Below are positions 20,936 to 33,400 of a stretch of 64,000 nucleotides of DNA, piece after piece. Position 1 is the first letter of the stretch; each line of letters opens with the position of its first letter. The DNA comes from Prorocentrum cordatum (lineage: Eukaryota), in NCBI GenBank assembly GCA_963575745.1, contig CAUYUJ010000322.1, positions 1 to 64,000 on the forward strand. The letters run 5' to 3'. The position numbers and the translations under genes were made by a program. Under the pieces are notes generated by a model, which saw nothing but the letters and a program-made list of their open reading frames with translations, was not told the DNA's origin and did not search any database.

Positions 20936-21366
20936 TTCCAGGCTCCCAGGCAGATCTTCCTTGCGCGCTTTGTAGGGCCCGACGCATCGTAAACGGCGCC
21001 CCTGCAAGCGTCTACTGCGAGGATTGCAGCGTCCCGCGCATCATTTCAGACGGCCTGGCAGAGGTCCCCGTATGGCGTTCCGCGCTGGCTTCGCTGGCCG
21101 GATTTTTCCCGGATAGCTCCTTGGAGAGCTGAGCTCTTCAGATAAGAAGCCGGCTGTGGGTGGTGAGGAGCACGCGCCCACCTTCGCCGGTCTACCATTC
21201 TCGCAGCAACCCGCCGGAGGTTGCAGCGGGTCCGGGAGCGTGCCTTTCTTGCGTTTCCCAATACGTGTGGCTCCAGGGTGCGAAGCGCTTCGGCAGAGCT
21301 TCGGAAGAGCTGGGCAGTTCTTCCAGGCTCCAAGGCAGATCTCCCTCGCACGCATTTGCCACGCAT
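20936..21366 (+). mobile_element. Nested short non-autonomous elements of family D (relative of C); continuation inverted at 22094-22242
   Basis: 5' end TCCCGGATAGC at ~21107 is complementary to GCTATCCGGG. TTCCAGGCTCC.AGGCAGATCT occurs at 20936 and 21321. 20972-21096 matches the reverse complement of 22117-22242. Confidence 0.6.
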
Positions 21367-24300
21367 GGTGGAAACACTGATGTAACTAGAGCACCGCCGA
21401 ATTCAACACACGCAAATCATACCCCACTCCGTCGAGCAATGGCATGTGGTGCCCACTCCCTGCACCATGCAACCGCCGCCTTGGAGCATGAGCTATAGTG
21501 AATCGCCCATCCACAAGTATTTGCACTGATATGCTCACACTCTTGCAGACAATTTGAATTGACCTGGCGTCACATGCAGCGACCAGGTTGGGTACTTGAC
21601 CGTCGGATATTTCCTGCACATTCCAGGTATCGATCACGGTCTCTGTCGCAGCCCGACCGCCCCGTCAATGATTCGGGCACCGTAGTGTCTGAAGAAACTG
21701 CACCGGCTTAATAGCAGGCTCAACGTGTGTCAAATTGTCACCATAGGGTTTCATTATTTTGTCGGTTTCCATTCTACAATCATTGTCTTTTGTGTAGTAT
21801 CATCAGCATGTTATTGGCGGATCCGTCTCACCCCGTCGAATGTTTCTTCATATCAGAAAATAGTGCTTCAAACCGTGCTATCCCCGCCCACGTATCACGG
21901 TTCTCCCATCCCTCCCTTGAAACCCACCCCTTAAACTCAACATAACGTATATTCCAACCAGGATCGTGCCTGTCCGTACCCGCCTTCGTGATCCACTTGC
22001 TACCGACAGCCCGTCCCGCTGCTTGCTTCTGAACTTCATTGGTGAAGTCCTGGATCGCCGGTTCTGTTTTTGATGTCCTCGAGTCCAGAAATACTTGTAA
22101 GCGTCCACTTGTAAGCGTCAGCGAAGCGAAGCGCGGAACGTCGCACGGGGACCTCTGTCAAGCCGCCTGAAACGATGCGCGAGACGCTGGAAACATCGCA
22201 GGAGACGCTTGCAGGGGCGCCGTCTACGATGCGTGGGGCCCTATGCGTGATGTTGACCACTTGGGGGAATATTTAGATGCACTAAGCAAGTGCAGTGTTA
22301 CTATGTTTCAAACTACACAGGCTGCAGTAATACCATGGGTGGGGATGGATGCTCAGACGGAACTTGAACCAGATATGCTGGGAATGCCGGGAGGAGGTCT
22401 TATGCAGGTGGACGGGAGAAGGGATGAGGCGAACTACCATGCAGAGAGGAGGGACATGCTTATGAGGTTCATGAGTACTTTGGGAATCTGTGCGGCGAAC
22501 ACATATGGAGTCCGACGTATCACACATATACCGTACTGTTCCACACATGTGCAGCGTGTGCTTGACTATATACTCATCCCTACACGTTGGTGCGCGGGAT
22601 GAGGCAAGAGCGCACCAGGAAATGAGATGCCAGGTCGAGTTTGTTGAACCTATCAAAGCTACGCCAGGTAACGTGGAAATGCCAGTGCCTATAGTGATCA
22701 CGTTCTGGTCTGGGTAAATCTCAAGACGACGGAGATCAGGCGCCCAGCTTTGCCACCCCGCCCTGTGTCCATGGTTGGCTGGCAGCCGACGGATGACACG
22801 GCGAGGAACATGTTTCGTGTGCTTGCGGATGTGTCGATTGAGGGACTTGCATCGGACACGGTAGGGACGGACCTGCAGCAGGTCGGACGGGTACTCTTGG
22901 AGACGGCAAAGCTTGTGGACCACACTAAGGGGCGCCCCAACTGCAAACCTATTCAGAGGCCCAGGGAGCTCATAGAGGTGGAGTCTGCCATCAGGCGTGG
23001 GGCCCTTGCGAATACTCCAAAAAAACTGCTGCGTAGGAGGAAGACCCTTAGGAGACAGCATAGGAGGAACCAACTCCTGCAGGACCACAGGGGATCCAGT
23101 AAGACCTCACGGTGTATCCTCAAGGAGCTGGAGTGTGAGGGTGTGCTGACAATGGACAGGACTAGGTGGAGTACGGAGATCACTAGGCATGCGACGGCGT
23201 CGTACCCTGTGTGCCTCATCAGAGCCATTGTGGAGCCCATGCTGGATAACATTGCTACCTTTGAGTTTCAGAACGTGTGCGGCGATGAGGTGAGATACAA
23301 CAAATCGGTCCGAACGGGAGGTAAGGAGGGACCCATACTTTTCAATATTGTCTTGGAGGCCATCTGGGGATCTGTGATTCAGACTTGGGATACCTTAGGA
23401 TACGGTGTCCGACTGGAAGGGGAGGGGACGGACGGTGCTCTTGTACACCACTTCTTGTGGGCGGACAATGTTACGCTCTGTGCTGCATCGCAGCTCCAGC
23501 TACAACAGATGATCGGTATGATGACGGTAACACTCAGACGGGCAGGGATGGACTGGAAGGAGGACTCTTTGGCGTATGTACTTTTTGGCCAGACGTACAC
23601 AGGTGGCGATCCGCCGCTGCTCTGCCCGCTCTCGCCAGCCATCTGTGCGATTTCTGGAGATGAGGATCTCCCAGAGCACTTGCGCTCGACTGTCGTAATG
23701 CCGAGGAAGGAGGAGGTGGAGGTACTAGGAGTGAAGCTCAGCTCGGAAATCAAGGGATATCACGGCTTGTATCATCGACTGGAGAAAGGGAGGAAGGCCT
23801 ATTTTGCTGACATCCAGTTTTATCGCTCCAGATCGGTCTCACTCAAAGAGAAGTTTCGCAGGTATGCCGCTCGTGTGCAGTCTGTGGTGTACCACGGATG
23901 TATAGGCTGGCCGTGCAATCTACGACTGCTGGAGAGGATTAAGGTCTGGGAGGGGAGGTGTCTCAACGGTATGCGAGGATTACACAAGAGGGAGGAGGAG
24001 ACGTGGGAGGAGTTCAGGGACAGGACCACACCGAAGTCATACGAGCTATTCTTGCAGGCTGGCCACTGCAGTCTCCTAGAGAAGGTGGTCCGAGCCAATT
24101 TCGAGTTTGCGTTGGAGCTGGCCCAGTTTCATGATCGGGCCTTCGCCTCCACGGACATTCGTGGGGCACGAGCCTGGCGTCAGACGCTTCAGGCCATGCT
24201 ACACTGTGCGGGGGAATGGTCACTACGGAGGGACAGACTTGTATCCATGTTCACGGGAGCCAGGAGGAGGGAAGGTACGAGGAGAGTGGGAGGGAGAGCG

Positions 24301-25170
24301 CATGCAAGCACTGACAGCTGGCATTGTCTTATGCTGGCGGCGAGTGGTAATTTACGCTGGTTTAGCATCAAGCGGAATGCAACGGACTGGTGGAATGTAG
24401 TTGCGTGCATGACAAAAATACAGCCTCGATGGGAGCCCATCTTCAGGAAACCGCCCTGTGCTCCTTGCCCTGTGGATACGTGGGACTCCCCTGAGGACTC
24501 CGACAGGCTCGCTCGTAGGATTGCCCACGGATATAACAACGAAACTGTCTGGCAGGAGGGCTCGGAGAGCTCATTGTTGGTTGAAATGACTGGTGATAGT
24601 ATGTGTGTGGTGAACTGGGCCCGAGGGATCTGGGAATGCCGTGATCGTTCGTACCGCAGGAGAGTGCACGGTCTACAAAACGATATGAATCAACTGGCGG
24701 AGGATTACGACATCAGGTGTGCCACTGTAGGGGCGGATCCGTGGAAGCATATCTACAGAGAGTTCAATTGTGTTGCGGATGAGTTGACTTGGGAGGCGAG
24801 GAGGGGAAGGACGGGAAGATGGATTGACTTCAGATATTTACGACAACAGAGACATTGTATCAAACGTATCCGTGGAGGATGGGACGGTGGCGTGAGTGTT
24901 GAAGGCTCTGCTCTAGGTTGCTATGTGGAGGTCTCATTTGGGGACAACCACTGGCGACGAGTCTTCCAGGAGGCTTCTTTACTCCCTCTGGGGGCCACTG
25001 TTACAGATAGCGAGCTCACAGCTTGTGAACGCCTGCTCCAAGGTGTTCGGCAGATTATCTCTGAGATCCTCGGGCCTCCAACCCCAAAGAGGTTGAGAGG
25101 GCGTGAGGGGCCCTAGGGACTCTGCGCGGCTAGGGCGCACGCGCCCTGTGTAGCCGACCCCAACACCCCA
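21367..25170 (+). mobile_element. Non-LTR retrotransposon copy 1 (degenerate; 5' part inverted at 21367-~22093; internal RT deletion)
   Basis: Minus-strand TGA-CGG..IDTWNVQ. Plus strand MDAQTELE, AANTYG, LDYILI, SDH (APE); VRTGGKEGP, FLWADN (RT); GDS..HIYREFN.AD..WDGG (RNase H). Tail GACCCCAACACCCCA|ACCAAG. Confidence 0.8.
22243..25116 (+). pseudogene. Disrupted ORF2 (APE-RT-RNase H) of LINE copy 1
   Basis: Collinear with the intact ORF2 at 30429-34604, but frameshifted near 22600-22750 and lacking the segment with KAPGPD..DILQAFD. Confidence 0.8.
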
Positions 25171-25177
25171 ACCAAGT

Positions 25178-25502
25178 TCCCGGAGAGCTCGCTGAGAGCT
25201 AGAGGGTTTAAGATAAGAAGCCGGTCGTTGGTGGTGCCCGCCAGCAGCCCATCTTCGCCGGTCCAGAATCCCCGCAGCGGTTCGTTCGAGCCGGCAGCTG
25301 GTCCGGGGGAGCTTCCAGCAAGCTTCCACGCGAGCCTACACGCGTGCAGGCACGCATGGAAGCGCTTCTGGCAGTGCTTCCGCAGCGCTGCAGGCGAGCT
25401 TTCCAGAGAGCCAGAAGAGCTTTGCGAGAGCGTTGCACGGCTCGCCCGGAAAGCTTTCTGGTGTGTTTGCCCTATGCTCTTCGGGTTTTGGACGCTACCA
25501 AG
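25178..25502 (+). mobile_element. Short (~325 bp) non-autonomous element, family C
   Basis: Starts TCCCGGAGAGC and ends GCTCTTCGGGTTTTGGACGCTACCAAG. Homologous copies at 54649-54974 (-) and ~56239-56528 (+). Confidence 0.75.
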
Positions 25503-28500
25503 TTTGAGCTGTAGTATTTTTTCCCGTGATATTCGATCTTATTCCCGCTCGCCATCTTGATCTCAGCTCGATCGGGTGAATATTACTATCGAAAAGCACT
25601 GTGGCGGGATCGGCCGTTTTGAGTCATCTTGATACGCGCTGGCGGTTTTCTGAACATAACTCCAGCTTTAGGACAGCTACAGAGCTGGTAAGCGCAGCTA
25701 ATCGATGTAGAATAATTCAGCGCGTCCGCCTGAATCCAGAGGTCTGAACTCGGTCTGTTAGCCGAGCTAGGTCCGCAAACCTATTCGTATTATTCGAGTC
25801 ATCTTGACAGGAACTCTCGGTTTTCTGTACTTAACTCGAGCTCTAGGACAGCTACAGAGCTGACATTTACAGAAACCGATTCAGAATCATCAGTTGCGTT
25901 TGCCTGTCGAATCCAGAGCTCTGAACTCGGTCTGCTGCCCGATCTAGAATCGCGAAACTATTCGTTTTAGTCGAGTCATCTTGAGAAGTGCTCTCGGTTT
26001 TCTTCACTCAACTCGCGCTGAGGGGGGCTACTGTGCTGGTGGTCACAGGAATCGATTTGAAGACATCAGGCGCGTCCGCCTGTCGAATCCAGAGCTCGGA
26101 ACTCGGTCTGCTGCCCGAATTAGGTCTGCGAAACTGCTGTATTGTTCGAGTCATCTTGAGAGGTGCTGTCGGTTTTCTGCATTAACTCGGGCTGTAGGGG
26201 GGCTGCAGGCTGGTAATGACAGGAGTCGATTCGCAGACATCAGACGCGTCCGGCTGTCGCATTCAGAGGTCAACAAATATTCACTATGAGTCGGAATGTT
26301 GGTAGGTGCTGTCGGTTTTCTCAACTTCGGCAAGAAAAATCTCGACGGACCTTTTGCTGACTTTTGGTCGGTTGAAAATTTTGTTCTCGAGATTTTAACA
26401 TTCGTTAGAGCTCATTTTTTCCCACCATTTTGATCTTATTACCTCGTAGAGCTCTTCGGCATCGATGAGCTAGAGGAATTCCGGCGCAGGGTGGAGCTAG
26501 TCGGCCGACCCGGCCTTAAGAGACAAAGTGGTGACTTTGGGTCGATTTTGCTAAGATTCGAAAGATATTTGACAATTCATTTTGAGAAACCAGATTTTTC
26601 TCACGTGTAGTGGGTTATGACGCGTCTGCCAGTAAAATTTTCAGGTCCGTAGCTGCAATATTACTATCGAAAGATTTGCAGGAACCGATTTTCGATGAAA
26701 ACCGAAAAATCGTGATTTTTCGAATTTTTCTGCTCTCGCTTGAGAAGCTTCCTTCATGTTCCGAGAAGCGCTGCAACGAAAGAGCTCTACGAGGTGCCCG
26801 GCGGTAACCTGGTTGACGGTTTACCGCCGGTTCCCATCCCGCTCGCCATCTTGATCTCAGCTCGATCGGGTAGATATTATTGCAAAAAAGCATCGCGGCG
26901 GGATCGGCTGTTTCGAGTCATCTTGATACGCGTTGTCGGTATTTTGTACTTACCTCGAGCTGTAGGGCAGCCACAGAGGTGATTATCACAGAAATCGATT
27001 GCGAATCATCAGGCGCGTTCGTCTGTTCCATCCAGAGGTCTGAACTCGGTCTGCTGCCCGAGCTATCGTTTTGTTGGAGTCATCTTGAGAGGTGCTGATA
27101 GTTTTCTGCACTGAACTCGGGCTGTATGGAGGCTTCAGTGCTGGTAATTAGAGGAATCTGGAGAGATCAGACGCGTCCGCCTGTCGAATCCAGAGCTCGG
27201 AACTCGGTCTGCTGCCCGAACTAGGTCCGCGAAACTATTCGTATTGTTCGAGTCATCTTGAGGGGTGCTGTCGGTTTTCTGCACTCAACTCGAGCTCTAA
27301 GGGGGCTGCATGGCTGGTAATCACTGGAATCGATTTAGAGACATCAGTCGCGTCCACTTGTCGCATTTAGAGCACTGAACTTGGCCTGCTGCCCGAGCTA
27401 GATCCGTAACACTATTCGTATTGTTCGAGTCATCTTCAGAGGTGCTGTCGATTCTCTGCATTTAACTCGGGCTGTAAGGGGGCTGCAAGGCTGGTAATCA
27501 CATGAATCGATTCGGGAGACATCATGCGCGTCTGCCTGTTGCATTCAGATGTACGAACTCGGTCTGATACTCGAGCTAGATTCGCGAACCTATTTCTATT
27601 GTTCGAGTGATCTTGAGAGGTGCTGTCGATTTTCGCGCGTAACTCGCGCTTTAGGAGAGCTACGGAGCTCGTGCGCACAGAAACGATCCAGAAGCATGAG
27701 GGGCGTTTGGCTGTTGCATCGAGGGATGTGAAATCGTTTAGGCTCAAAAATTATTCGTTCTCTGCATTTTTTTCGACGTTATATATGCTCAGGAAGCTCT
27801 ACGAGTCCCCCGGCGGTAAGGAAGGTTGACGGTTTACCGCCGGCGCCCAGTGACTCGTAGAGCTTCCCTAAGCTAACAGCTGGAAGCTTAAGAGTAATTC
27901 GGACGCACTGGCGGGCTAGTTGGCTCGAAAAATCTCGACGGAACTTTTGGTGACTTTTGCTCAGTTAAAAAATATGTTCTCAAAATTTGAACATTCGTTA
28001 GAGCTCTAGTATTTTTTCCCGTGATATTCGATCTTATTCCCGCTCGCCATCTCGATCTCAGCTCGATCGGGTGAATTTTACTATCTAAACGCACTGTGGC
28101 GGGATCGGCCGTTTCGAGTCATCTTGATACGCGCTGACGGTTTTCTGATCATAACTCGAGCTTTAGGGCACTACAGAGCTGGTAAGCACAGCTAATCGAT
28201 GTAGAATGATTAGGCGCGTTCGCCTGTTGAATCTAGAGGTCTGATCTCGGTCTGTTAGCCGAGCTAGGTCCTCAAACCTATTCGTATTATTCGAGTCATA
28301 TTGACAGGAACTTTCAGTTTTCTGTACTTAACTCGAGCTGTAGGACAGCTACAGAGCTGATATTTACAGAAACCGATTCAGAATCATCAGTTGCGTTTGT
28401 CTGTCGAATCCAGAGCTCTGAACTCGGTCTGCTGCCCGATCTAGAATCGCAAAACTATTCGTATTGGTCGAGTCATCTTGAGAAGTGCTCTCGGTTTTCT

Positions 28501-28875
28501 TGACTCAACGCGCGCTGAGGGGGGCTACAGTGCTGGTGGTCACAGGAATCGATTTGAAGACATCAGGCGCGCCCGCCTGTCGAATCCAGAGCTCGGAACT
28601 CGGTCTGCTGCCCGAATTAGGTCTGCGAAACTACTGTGTTGTTCGAGTCATCCTGAGAGGTGCTGTCGGTTTTCTGCACTTAATTCGGGCTGTAGGGGGG
28701 CTGCAGGGCTGGTAATGACAGGAGCCGATTCGCAGACATCAGACGCGTTCGCCTGTCGCATTCAGAGGTCAAAAAATATTCACTATGAGTCGGAATGTTG
28801 GTAGGTGCTGTCGGTTTTCTCAACTTAAGTCGAGCTAGGAAGCTCTACGAGTCCCCCGGCGGTAAGGAAGGTTGA
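25503..28875 (+). repeat. Stack of family A elements (178-bp units) with a nested family B element
   Basis: Same unit sequence as 1-1133. An A 3' end at 27850 is followed directly by an A 5' end TGACTCGTAGAGCTTCC at 27851. Confidence 0.85.
26440..26836 (+). mobile_element. Full-length ~400-bp non-autonomous element, family B
   Basis: 5' TACCTCGTAGAGCTC and 3' GAGCTCTACGAGGT plus stem-loop. Cleanly interrupts the A consensus GATCTTAT|TCCCGCTCGCC with no TSD. Confidence 0.8.
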
Positions 28876-29381
28876 GGAAGCGGAGTTTACCTCCCGCTCT
28901 CCCTCGGCCTTGTCCCGTCGGGGGGCTCACTCGAGCTGCATCGTGCAGTCAGGCAGCCTGCCCCTGGCCCGCCGCGCGGGGGGCGCGTGGCGATTGGGCC
29001 ACTTCGGCGACGCCTGCACTTGTTTGCGGCATTGTTTGCACTTGTTTGCGAGCAGGCCGCCTGCACTTCTTTGCGGCATTTTGCCGCGTCGAGCTGGACG
29101 GGACGAGCCAGAGTCAATCGATCGATTTGGACCGCTGGGGAGCCAACTTCGGACATTGGGAGTGGGAGTATCTTGCCAGACAGGTTGGTAGAGCTCGACA
29201 CGACGATAAGGATTCTCTAGTCGACATACCATCTGGGCCACCTGATCTCTCTCCCACTTTACCTCACCATCCTGTTGCCCCATATAACTTTCATCAGTTG
29301 AGTGCACATCTCAAACGTACTCGAGAAGATCGATCGTTCTGTGCGAAGTGGAATATCCCTTGTAATATCTCAGACGGCAAG

Positions 29382-30428
29382 ATGGCTGCCTCATCAGCTG
29401 CTGCGGTCCCCGAGGTTTTCGCTATGGACGCCACGGATATGCCCGTTCCAGGAGCCAAGGAGGAGGAGGTCCCAGAGGGAAAACGGGTCAAAATTCAGAC
29501 GGTTGAAGGCCTCGAGGAGGCCATGACAAAGGGGATGGACAAGATCACGACGCTTGTTGCATCTCTGGGAGGTAAGATGACGGAGGGCTTCCAATCAACA
29601 CATCGAAGCATCACGGATCTCGGCACCCAGCTCAATGCTCGTGTTGATTCGGTGGAGAAAAATGTACAGCAGGCGATGACGGACATAGATGCTATTACTA
29701 AGAAGGTTGAGGATCAGAGGCTCCAGATAATCCAGCTCCAGCAGGCTCCTGCAGGTGGGGCCCCCAGAGCAGGCACCTCTACGACAGCGTCCTCGGCGGA
29801 AACTCGGCAGTCAGTGCAGAATTTCACCCCATCGTTCGTCGAGCTCAAGGGATGGGTGACGGACTGGAGGGATGCAGAGAAGCGTCAGGAGGAGATGTTA
29901 TCACAGCAGGCGTTGAATTCACTGCTGAATGAGGTCCTGGCTGGAGAATGGTTCAGTGGTGTGAAGGAGTTTCTGGACCTGAACCAATCCAAGAGGTTCA
30001 ACACAGGTAGAGAGGCGTGGGGGTATTCGCGTGCTCGGCTCTATTTCCAGAATGGGGTTACCAGTGACCAGCTGTGGGATCTTCGTCGTCGACTCGTTGC
30101 CGCGATCGCCGACAACAAACTCCAGCACGCTCCCAGGGCCCTCAAGGTCCACGTGGAGGCCCCCCCCTGGAAGAAGCCCCATCTGGATGCCGCTGGGATC
30201 TTTCAGGCCAAGTTCAAGAGTTTCAAGAAGCATCATTCGAATCTCAGGGCTGAGACGGGACCACCGATTACGTTCATGTGGGGCTCCAGTGACCACTTAC
30301 CACCTCCAGGGAAGATTGTGGCCAAGTTCTCTCTGCAGAATGGCTGGGAGATCACTCGTGCAATGAATCAGCTTGAGCCAGGGATCAACATTGATGAGTT
30401 GCGAGCGAGGATTTCCAGTACGAACTAG
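29382..30428 (+). CDS. LINE ORF1 (coiled coil plus globular domain)
   Basis: First ATG of the 28872 frame. Heptad-like LNARVDSVEKNVQQAMTDIDAITKKVEDQ. FTPSFVELKGW aligns with HVPTWIQISGF of copy 4. Lies upstream of ORF2. Confidence 0.75.
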   Translation: MAASSAAAVPEVFAMDATDMPVPGAKEEEVPEGKRVKIQTVEGLEEAMTKGMDKITTLVASLGGKMTEGFQSTHRSITDLGTQLNARVDSVEKNVQQAMTDIDAITKKVEDQRLQIIQLQQAPAGGAPRAGTSTTASSAETRQSVQNFTPSFVELKGWVTDWRDAEKRQEEMLSQQALNSLLNEVLAGEWFSGVKEFLDLNQSKRFNTGREAWGYSRARLYFQNGVTSDQLWDLRRRLVAAIADNKLQHAPRALKVHVEAPPWKKPHLDAAGIFQAKFKSFKKHHSNLRAETGPPITFMWGSSDHLPPPGKIVAKFSLQNGWEITRAMNQLEPGINIDELRARISSTN

Positions 30429-33400
30429 AGGTGCCACGACACCATTGCGTCATGGAATGTGCGTCGGGCAGGTGCAGAGAACGGCCATGACATAATTAAT
30501 TCACTACGTCGTTTAGATGTGGGACTCGCGGGGTTGTGCGAGTGTCAGTTCCTTTCAGTTCGTGATCTCAGCATGCGAGGTTACACAATTTTTCGGAGTA
30601 CTTGTCGGAAGGCTGCGGTGATTATGTCTAAGTCTTGGAGAGACTCGCTCAGAGCCACATATCGTGGCAAAGGTTTTGTCATTTGTAGTTATTCTAGTGT
30701 TACGGTTATTGTTGCATATATGCCACATGAGAGTATCAATGCCCTTACGGAAGAACAGTATGAGCATGATGTGTATGAACAGATATTGTTTGATATATCC
30801 CAAGTGCTTCGCACACATAGGTCTAAGTTCCCGAAGCAGCCGCAGGACCTGGTCTTCTTGACAGATGCTAACGTCGAACTCGAGCCAGATTCGGAGGTCA
30901 ACGGCTTTAGAGTTACTGGATCAGGGCTTCTGGAGGCGTCTGGGATTGCTGGGGAGTCTACGGAGATTGATACTGGGATGGAGGAGGGAGCGGATGACGG
31001 CAACCCGTATATGACTCAAACAAAACGTGGTGCACGCAAAGCCAGACCTCATAGGCTTGTCTCGGGCTTCGAAATTCGACGGGCGTCTAGGTTGCAATCG
31101 ATGAGGAGGGCCCTACTGGACTTCTGCGGGCTCTGGGGCATCAGGATGGAGAACACATTCGGGCAGAGGAGGGTTACTTTCAAATCAGGTACGGGGGTGG
31201 AGAAGGTGCTCGACTATGTTGGTGTCAGCCGTCGTTTACACAGGCAGGAGCTCACCGTTGGCTGGATGCTGCCTTCGGAAGTCGGCCACGCCTGGACGGA
31301 GCACCCTTGCAGCAGATACGAGCGTGCGCTGTCTGACCACGCCTGCATAGTTGTTCGCTTGTCTTGTGCACCGTCTGCGAAGAGACGGACCCAGCCTGCT
31401 CGAAAATTCATCCACTTGCAACCGGTGTCACAGCTGGAGTTTGCGAAGAACATGGACGATCGGGGCAGTCGTTACCGTGCTCTGTGCCAGGAAAATGCTG
31501 ACCCAGAGGATCGACAGGAGATGTTGGATACGCTGGGACCTGACCTCATAAAGGCCGCCGAGGAGACCCCCCAGAAAGATATCAATCCCAGGAATAATGT
31601 GCCAAAGAAATCCGAGATCCACTGGGCCGCCCAGGCAAGTAAACGTGAAGCTCTTCGTCGGGGGGATAGAGAGGAGGCTAAACGGTGCTCAAAGATTGTG
31701 AGGAGAGAAAGAAGGAGGCTAGAGGCAAGAGTACAGAGGTGGAGGACGGAAATGAACACGAGGAGGAGGAGGAGGGCCAAGACGGAGACGTTGATCCTTG
31801 CCAACGGGATGGAGTCTCAGAACCGCGAGGAGTGGGGGGACGAGATATTGGGGCACATGAAGTCTAAGGTGGAGGACCCCGAGGCCAGAGAGGTGACCCT
31901 GCGTGAGCTTCAGTCGCTGCGTGGTCTATGTTCGGGAAGCGGATCCTCAGAGGTGTTCTCGATGTCGCTCCTGCTGCGGGCGAGGGCGAAGCTGTCCACG
32001 GGAAAGGCCCCAGGTCCCGACAACGTGACTGTCACGATGTTGAAACAGCTCTCGTGGGCATCTGTGCGACGTGTTCTGGTGAGCTTCCAAGGTGTGTATT
32101 CCAGAAGGTTATGTTGTCCCGACAGTTGGCGTCAACTAGCTGCCACACTCATGCCAAAAGAAATGGACATACAACATTTGACAGATACACGTATGCTATG
32201 TCTACAGTCGTGTCTTATGAAATGGTACATGACATGTATTGTGATGTTGATTGAGAAGAGGATTGAGGAGCACCGACACTATGTATGCCTGTACGGATTC
32301 AGATCGGGACGCAAAACATCGGAAATCACCAGCGTTGCCAAGAGGCTCAGCCAGCACTCCGCTGTCTGGGGCAAAGGAGACAGTTTGTGGCTTGCCAATC
32401 TTGATATCTTACAAGCTTTCGATAATGTTACTCCGTGCCTCGCCATGCGCTGTCTTCGTGCTCTTGACATACCTGCTGATCTCATTGTGGCGTTGATTGA
32501 ACCCATGATGGATAATCAGTGCGTGGCCAGCTTCGAGGGCATCGAGGCATCGTCAGCGGTCTATTGGGACAAATCTATTCGAACGGGAGGAGTAGAGGGA
32601 CCTATGATTTTTCTGGCAGTTTCTATTGTACTCTGGAGAGATGTTATCGACAGATGGAGGCAAGAAACGCAGTACGGCATCAAATTGGAAAATGATGAGC
32701 GCATGTTCAATGGTGAGCGTATGACCCACAGTTTCTGGGCAGATAATCTTTTGTTGTATGCGAAGACCCGCACTGACCTTGAGTTGATGGTGCGTGACAT
32801 GAGTATCCCCCTGATGAATGCAGGAATGACCTGGAAGCCGAAATCTTTGATGTATATTTACTTTGGTGCGCCGCCTGGCATCCCGCCGTCCCCTGAGCAG
32901 GATATCCGTGTGCTGGTGCCGTCTAGTGACGCCGCTCTTGGGACCCGAGAAGTGGTCCTACCGCGTGTTCAAGCGTTTGAGATCCTGGGAGCCACTCTGG
33001 AGGAGACCTGGAAGGACCACTCGGACTCAGAGGCCATGCTCCAGAAAGCCCAGAGGATGTTCTTTGGGGAAATCGCGTATTACCGCTGTTCTGGGATTGA
33101 CTTGGCTGAAAGATTTACTCGCTATCAAGCTAAAGTGATTGCTGCATTATTATTCAACTGTGAGGGCAGAACGCCCGACTATTCTACCATTGCTGCTGTT
33201 CACTATTTTGAAGGCAGATGTCTAGCTATAATGTCAGGTATACGCAAGCGGAGAACTGAAGGCTGGTCTGAGTTTCAACGTAGGCGATACAAAGCGGGAC
33301 GACAGAGTTTTGCTGGACTTGGATTCCGAAGTGCGGTGCAGATATGGATATTTCGTTGTTGGGATTGGGCTAAGGATGTCTCAGTTGCTGCAAGTATTCG

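Noticed and set aside
19240..21132. Cys/Val- or His/Thr-rich ORFs
   Set aside because: Translations of (GT)n/(CA)n repeats.
20972..22242. TIR DNA transposon with ~125-bp inverted repeats
   Set aside because: Better explained as two D-family copies, one flipped by the 21367-22242 inversion. No transposase or TSD.
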